DNA of 60,264 nucleotides, from the NCBI GenBank assembly GCA_041288095.1, contig JBGGMJ010000062.1:1-60264 (forward strand), read 5' to 3'. Of the stretch, positions 56,071 to 60,264 are shown in pieces. The first letter of the stretch is position 1; each line of letters begins with the position of its first letter. Source of the DNA: Myxococcota bacterium (GTDB lineage Bacteria; Myxococcota; XYA12-FULL-58-9; JALHOP01). The position numbers were made by a program, and so were the translations under genes. Below the pieces are notes generated by a model. The model had not been told where the DNA came from and searched no databases. It saw nothing but the letters and a program-made list of their open reading frames with translations.

Positions 56071-57915
56071 TTACCCGTGGGCATGCTCGGCGATGTCGTA
56101 GACGTGCATGAGGCGGCGCGTCCGCACCACGCTGTGCTCGATGTCGACGATGAACTCGCCGGCGAGCGTGATGACCTCGAGCTGCAAGGAGCCCTCGGAG
56201 AGGATTGGACGCACCACCAGGTTCGCGTCGTCGAACAGCGTGTCGAGACCGCGACGCACGGTGGCGGCGCTCGGGTCGTGCTCGGCGAGCTGCGTCAGGT
56301 GGTCGGCGATCAGACGCTTCGCGCGGACCAGGGTCTTGCCTGGGTTACCGCCGTCGCGGGTGGTGAAGTCGAACTTCGCGGGCAAGCACAACGCCGGGCC
56401 CTCGAGGTAGCGCACGCATTTGCCGTCGAGCACGACTTCGAGGTGACCGTCTTCGACGGGTACTTGGTTGCGGCTCGTGGGGTCCTGCACGAGCGCGCGC
56501 AGGGTGACGCGACGGACGTCGCCGAAGCGGCGGTCGCCCATGACCTGAAAGGCGATGTCACCACGGTTGGCGAGGGAGGGAAGGGTGCGCGCGACGCCGG
56601 CGAAAGCGCTGGCGCTCTGCTCCTTGATAGCGGACAGCGAGGTCTCGAAGAGCTTGGCGCTGTCGGTGGGCGTCGCGGCTGCCAGGGGCTGATTCGTGAT
56701 CTTGCGGCGGATGGCTTCCTTCTCGATGTCGCCGATGACGCCGTCGACCAGCTTCGGCGCCGCCTTGCCGATGTGCGAGCGCACGCCTTCGAGGATGGCG
56801 CGCAGGCAATCTTCTGGCGAGGGCGACTTGTTGGTGACGAAGAACGGCGCCTTGGCGATGGCTCCGAGCATCAGGTCGCACGCTTGGTGCATGCCGATGG
56901 CGTTCGCGAGCCGCGAAGTCACCGACCAAACCATGCCGGAGTAAGCGAGGCTTCGCTTGTGCTCCTGCGTCAGGCTGGGATCGAGGCTGACGTCGTTGAC
57001 CAGTGTCCGCAGAGGGCCGAGCGTGCCCGAGGTCCCTTCCTTCTCCGCGAGGTACGCGCCGAGGTCTTCGCTGATGTTGGGGTTCTCGAAATGCAGCGCC
57101 GCGAAGAGGTCACCCACCGCCTCGTGGAAGGGCTTGCCCTCGCCGGTGGTGTCGCTGTTCACGCCAGGGGCGACGTGATCGAAATAGCCGTGGGCAAGCT
57201 CGTGGACGAGGATCTCCTTGCACGACACGAGGTGGAAGCGCCCCTCCGAGGTGCCGAAGACGTAGACGTTCGAGCCCGGGATATAGCCGGCGTTCTCCTC
57301 GCTCATGGCGTTGGCGATGATGCGCACGAGGCCGCTGTTGCTGGTGCTGTCGCGGTACACCGAAGGCAGGTCGATGCCGTAGCCCGCGAGGCGTCGCAGG
57401 AAGGTGTCGGCGGTGTGCAGCGCCTGCACCTGGTCGAAGCCGTCCTGTGTGACCTTGTTCTCGCCAGGCGCGAAGGGCTGCTGGTCCTTCACGGTCTTGA
57501 GCACCGACGAGCCGCTGACGTGCACCAGCTCGATCTTCAGGCCGTCGACGGACAGGCGCACTGTCCGCTGTAGCGACACCTGGGCGACCTTGCCTTGGCT
57601 CGTGAGCCGGTTTTCCTTCGCCCAAACCAGGAGGTTCCCAGGGTTTGTCTCTTGCGTCTCGGCGCCCGGGTTCTCGGCGGCGGCGCGACGTGATTCCGCC
57701 AGCCGCAGGTCGACCGCGGTCGTGGTCGACTTGTCGACGACGGCGGCGACGCTCGCGGGCGAGGCCGTCCGCTGTTTTGCCAGGCGGACGAACAAGTCCT
57801 CGAACCCCGACTTGCTACGGGGCCGACTGTTATCGACGGACGCCGCGGCCCCATCCGCTTTGACGGATGGGGCCTTTCGGCCTCGGGTTCCCGAGAGACG
57901 CGTATCGACTGCCAC
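56071..57915 (-). CDS. thermolysin-like (M4/M36) zinc metalloprotease, paralog 2
   Basis: ENAGY, HELAH, GEGKPFHEAVGD (third ligand Glu), LRTL and QEH motifs. AGGAAGG RBS before the GTG. Confidence 0.75.
   Translation of the reverse strand: MAVDTRLSGTRGRKAPSVKADGAAASVDNSRPRSKSGFEDLFVRLAKQRTASPASVAAVVDKSTTTAVDLRLAESRRAAAENPGAETQETNPGNLLVWAKENRLTSQGKVAQVSLQRTVRLSVDGLKIELVHVSGSSVLKTVKDQQPFAPGENKVTQDGFDQVQALHTADTFLRRLAGYGIDLPSVYRDSTSNSGLVRIIANAMSEENAGYIPGSNVYVFGTSEGRFHLVSCKEILVHELAHGYFDHVAPGVNSDTTGEGKPFHEAVGDLFAALHFENPNISEDLGAYLAEKEGTSGTLGPLRTLVNDVSLDPSLTQEHKRSLAYSGMVWSVTSRLANAIGMHQACDLMLGAIAKAPFFVTNKSPSPEDCLRAILEGVRSHIGKAAPKLVDGVIGDIEKEAIRRKITNQPLAAATPTDSAKLFETSLSAIKEQSASAFAGVARTLPSLANRGDIAFQVMGDRRFGDVRRVTLRALVQDPTSRNQVPVEDGHLEVVLDGKCVRYLEGPALCLPAKFDFTTRDGGNPGKTLVRAKRLIADHLTQLAEHDPSAATVRRGLDTLFDDANLVVRPILSEGSLQLEVITLAGEFIVDIEHSVVRTRRLMHVYDIAEHAHG
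57847..57874. other. perfect 11-bp hairpin in the 5' coding region of protease 2
   Basis: GGCCCCATCCG-CTTTGA-CGGATGGGGCC, followed by TTT on the + strand. Confidence 0.6.
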
Positions 57916-57963
57916 GCGGACTCGCCTTCCTACTGCAAGGGAGGAAACGCTCTGGTCGCTGCT

Positions 57964-59796
57964 TTAAGCCTTCTGCTTCTTCTCGGGGATCAAGTCGACG
58001 AACATGAGGCGTCGAGCTTCGACCTTGTCGCTCTGGTGGTCGTAGATGAATTGACCAGCGGGCGAGGTCAGCATGAGGTTGATCTTGCCCTTGTACATGA
58101 CCTCTTCGATCTCGAGCTCCGACTCGGCGAAGAAGCGCGCCTTGTTTGCCGAGAAGTGCTCCTTCAAGTGCTTGTTCTCGAGCTGGCTCTTGATGAACTT
58201 GTCGATGGCCTCGCGCGCCTTCTTGATGAGCTCCGCGCGATCACCAGGGATCGGCGTGAAGTCGAACGTGTAGCCGGCGTTCTCGATGATGCGGCGGCCG
58301 CTGCCGTCGAACGACGTGACGTCCTTGTCGGTGGCGACCATCGACATGAACCCGTCTTGCACCTTGTACTTCTTGCCGTCGGCCGGATTGATGGCGCGTA
58401 GCTGCATGATGAGCTTCTGCGATTGCAGCTTGGTCTCGGGGTTCTGCCAGGCGAGCTCGCCGACCGTGGTGATCTCGCAATCCTTACGCGTGCCCCAGAT
58501 GCCGCCGATGGTCTTAATGGCGTCTTCGGGGCTGCAGCCCGCGGCGTTGCCCGCAAGCCCGAGCGCAAGCTGAGTGGACTTGGCGTCGGCGTCCTGGCGC
58601 GGCGGCTCCTGCCAGTCGGCCTTGATCATCTCGCGCTTCACGCCTTCGTTCTTGATCGCTTGGATCATGAAATCGACGGTCGCGGCGTCCACCAAGCCCG
58701 GCAGCGCGTCGCGCATGCACTTGGCAACCGCGTCGAGGAAGTCCTTCGGCGAGGGTGACTTGCTGGTGAAGTAGAACCCGGTCTTGAGGGCGACGTGCAA
58801 CATGACGTCGCAAGCGCGCTCGAAGTTGCCGAGGCGCGTCCCGAGCTGCTGGGTGACGCGCCAGCCGAAGCCGCCGTAGGCCTCTCCGCGATCGTGGACT
58901 TCGTTGCCCGCCTGGCGCAGGGTCTTGTCGTTGTCGAGGTTGCGCAGGGGCTGACCCGGCTGGCCGAGAGCGGTGCCGAAGTCTTCCGAGAGGAAGGGGT
59001 TGCGCGCCATGAGCGACGCCGGGAAGTCGCCGAAGTAACCTTCGTGGATGGCGCCGCCTTCGCCCGAGAACATATCGGGGTTCTGCTTGTCGCCGCGGCT
59101 GTGACCGGTCTCGTGACGGGTGACGTCGTTGTCCGACGCCAAGTGCCAGCGGCCGTTGTTGGTGCCGTAGTTCAGGTCGTTGGCGGTCGGGCTGTACCAG
59201 GCGTTGAGATCGGTGCTCGAGTTCGCCTTGCTGCGGATGACGCCGTTGTTGCGCGGCGCGGCCCACAGCTTGTTGTTGTCGATGCCGACCTGTGAGTGCA
59301 GCCAGTTGGTGTAGACGCCGTCGGCGACGAGGTTCGCCTGATCGAAAGCGTCACGCGTCACCTTCGAGCCGTTCTCGAAGGGCTGCTGATTGTCGACGGT
59401 CTCGAGCTGGGTGATGCCGGTGACGTGGACCCACTGGGCGCGGACGCCGGCGGGGCTCAGGGTGACGCCCGGGAGCTTCACGATGCGGGTCTGACCCTGG
59501 CTCGTGTGGTTGTTCTCGCGCTGCCAGACGACGACGCTATCGGCGGCGACGGCACGGGGATTGTCGACCGCGGCGATCTCGGCCAGGGCGCGACCGAAGA
59601 AGGCTGCCTCGCCCAAGCTCTGGAAGGGCTGGGTGCGGGGGGCAAAAGCGACGGGACCGCTGGTGCGGACATTCGAGTCGGCGGCGGCGGGCTTCGCGGC
59701 GGCCTTGGCGGGCGCCGCTTTGGCGGGCGTTTCCCCGGAGCTGACGGCGGTCGAGCCTGTCGTCTTGATCTCTCCGCTGCCCTTGATGCTTTCCAT
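57964..59796 (-). CDS. thermolysin-like (M4/M36) zinc metalloprotease, paralog 1
   Basis: LNAWYSP, DVTRHETGH, GEGGAIHEG..GD, LRNL and EVHDRG motifs. GGAG RBS. Confidence 0.8.
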   Translation of the reverse strand: MESIKGSGEIKTTGSTAVSSGETPAKAAPAKAAAKPAAADSNVRTSGPVAFAPRTQPFQSLGEAAFFGRALAEIAAVDNPRAVAADSVVVWQRENNHTSQGQTRIVKLPGVTLSPAGVRAQWVHVTGITQLETVDNQQPFENGSKVTRDAFDQANLVADGVYTNWLHSQVGIDNNKLWAAPRNNGVIRSKANSSTDLNAWYSPTANDLNYGTNNGRWHLASDNDVTRHETGHSRGDKQNPDMFSGEGGAIHEGYFGDFPASLMARNPFLSEDFGTALGQPGQPLRNLDNDKTLRQAGNEVHDRGEAYGGFGWRVTQQLGTRLGNFERACDVMLHVALKTGFYFTSKSPSPKDFLDAVAKCMRDALPGLVDAATVDFMIQAIKNEGVKREMIKADWQEPPRQDADAKSTQLALGLAGNAAGCSPEDAIKTIGGIWGTRKDCEITTVGELAWQNPETKLQSQKLIMQLRAINPADGKKYKVQDGFMSMVATDKDVTSFDGSGRRIIENAGYTFDFTPIPGDRAELIKKAREAIDKFIKSQLENKHLKEHFSANKARFFAESELEIEEVMYKGKINLMLTSPAGQFIYDHQSDKVEARRLMFVDLIPEKKQKA

Positions 59797-59827
59797 TGCG
59801 TGCTCCGTGACGTGGTGTGGCCCGCGA

Positions 59828-59854
59828 TTATCGGCATCGGCGCGTCACGGTTTC
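59828..59854 (-). promoter_or_regulatory. sigma28/FliA-like promoter for the protease pair
   Basis: GAAAC-N14-GCCGATAA (perfect -10), 31 nt before ATG 59796. Overlapped by GCGTCAC-N12-GTGACGC (59842-59867). Confidence 0.6.
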
Positions 59855-59949
59855 GTTGCAGTGACGCTGATTTGCACGGTGATTGGTGGGCAGGGTGTCA
59901 GGGCCCGCCCGGGCATCTAGCCACGATCGAGATGTCGCAGCGATGGCGC

Positions 59950-59976
59950 GCAACCCAAGGGACTCGCGGCCGATAT
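59950..59976 (+). promoter_or_regulatory. divergent sigma28/FliA-like promoter
   Basis: GCAAC-N14-GCCGATAT. Confidence 0.45.
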
Positions 59977-60079
59977 TGATGGAGCGAGCCTCATGAAAGC
60001 CGGTCGTCGTTCGGACGGTCGGGCCCCCAAGACCAACAGTTGAACGAAACGCATGAGCGCTCGCATGGCGAGGGACGCG

Positions 60080-60264
60080 ATGTCTTTGTCTCAATTGCGT
60101 AATGCCTTCGGGCGCTCGGTTCTCTTGGGCGGCGTGTGCCTTTTGGCCGCCTTCGCGTCGGCTTGCGGCGGCACGAGTCTGGAGAATGACCCGTCGGTCA
60201 TCAACAGCGGCGACACCGATCCGCTTGCCGCGCCCACCATCATCGCGGTGACGCCGACCGTCTG
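60080..60264 (+). CDS. lipoprotein, 5' partial (possible IPT/TIG domain start)
   Basis: MSLSQLRNAFGRSVLLGGVCLLAAFASAC lipobox, then APTIIAVTP. Runs off the window. Confidence 0.6.
   Translation, partial: MSLSQLRNAFGRSVLLGGVCLLAAFASACGGTSLENDPSVINSGDTDPLAAPTIIAVTPTV

Noticed and set aside
60041-60043. Selenocysteine read-through at the in-frame TGA
   Set aside because: There is no redox-motif context or recognisable SECIS hairpin, and the downstream ORF has its own start and signal peptide.

Overview
GC-rich bacterial chromosome segment, most likely from Myxococcota (inferred from a MYXO-CTERM-type tail, myxobacterial Cys-rich repeats, PEGA proteins and a zinc-ribbon/TPR protein). Most of it is core genome: plsX, an ECF sigma/anti-sigma pair, a surface-polysaccharide cluster (glycosyltransferases, O-antigen ligase, WbaP/WcaJ-type priming transferase, DegT and Gfo/Idh/MocA), an M1 aminopeptidase, agmatinase, DciA, ArsR-SRPBCC-clpP, tRNA-Arg(CCT), ihfB, cca, mnmA-rnc-era-der, rne, a YfgM/BamB-like pair and a pst/phoU locus. 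I saw no integrase, transposase or CRISPR array. Four things stand out. (1) Scattered genes share a sigma28/FliA-like promoter ((G)CAAC-like-N14-GCCGATAA) and encode proteins with S/T/A/P-rich N-termini and no Sec signal, which suggests an undescribed regulon of type-III-type secreted effectors. (2) Two tandem thermolysin-like proteases, one directly behind such a promoter, appear to carry the FTP/PepSY propeptide at the C-terminus. (3) A DnaA-box cluster between cca and the mnmA operon is a candidate oriC, with no dnaA in the window. (4) There are two apparent pseudo-enzymes: an IscS homolog lacking the PLP Lys and the catalytic Cys, and a PstB with altered Q-loop, signature and H-switch in a locus without pstS. 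All assignments come from reading motifs by eye. No database search was run.
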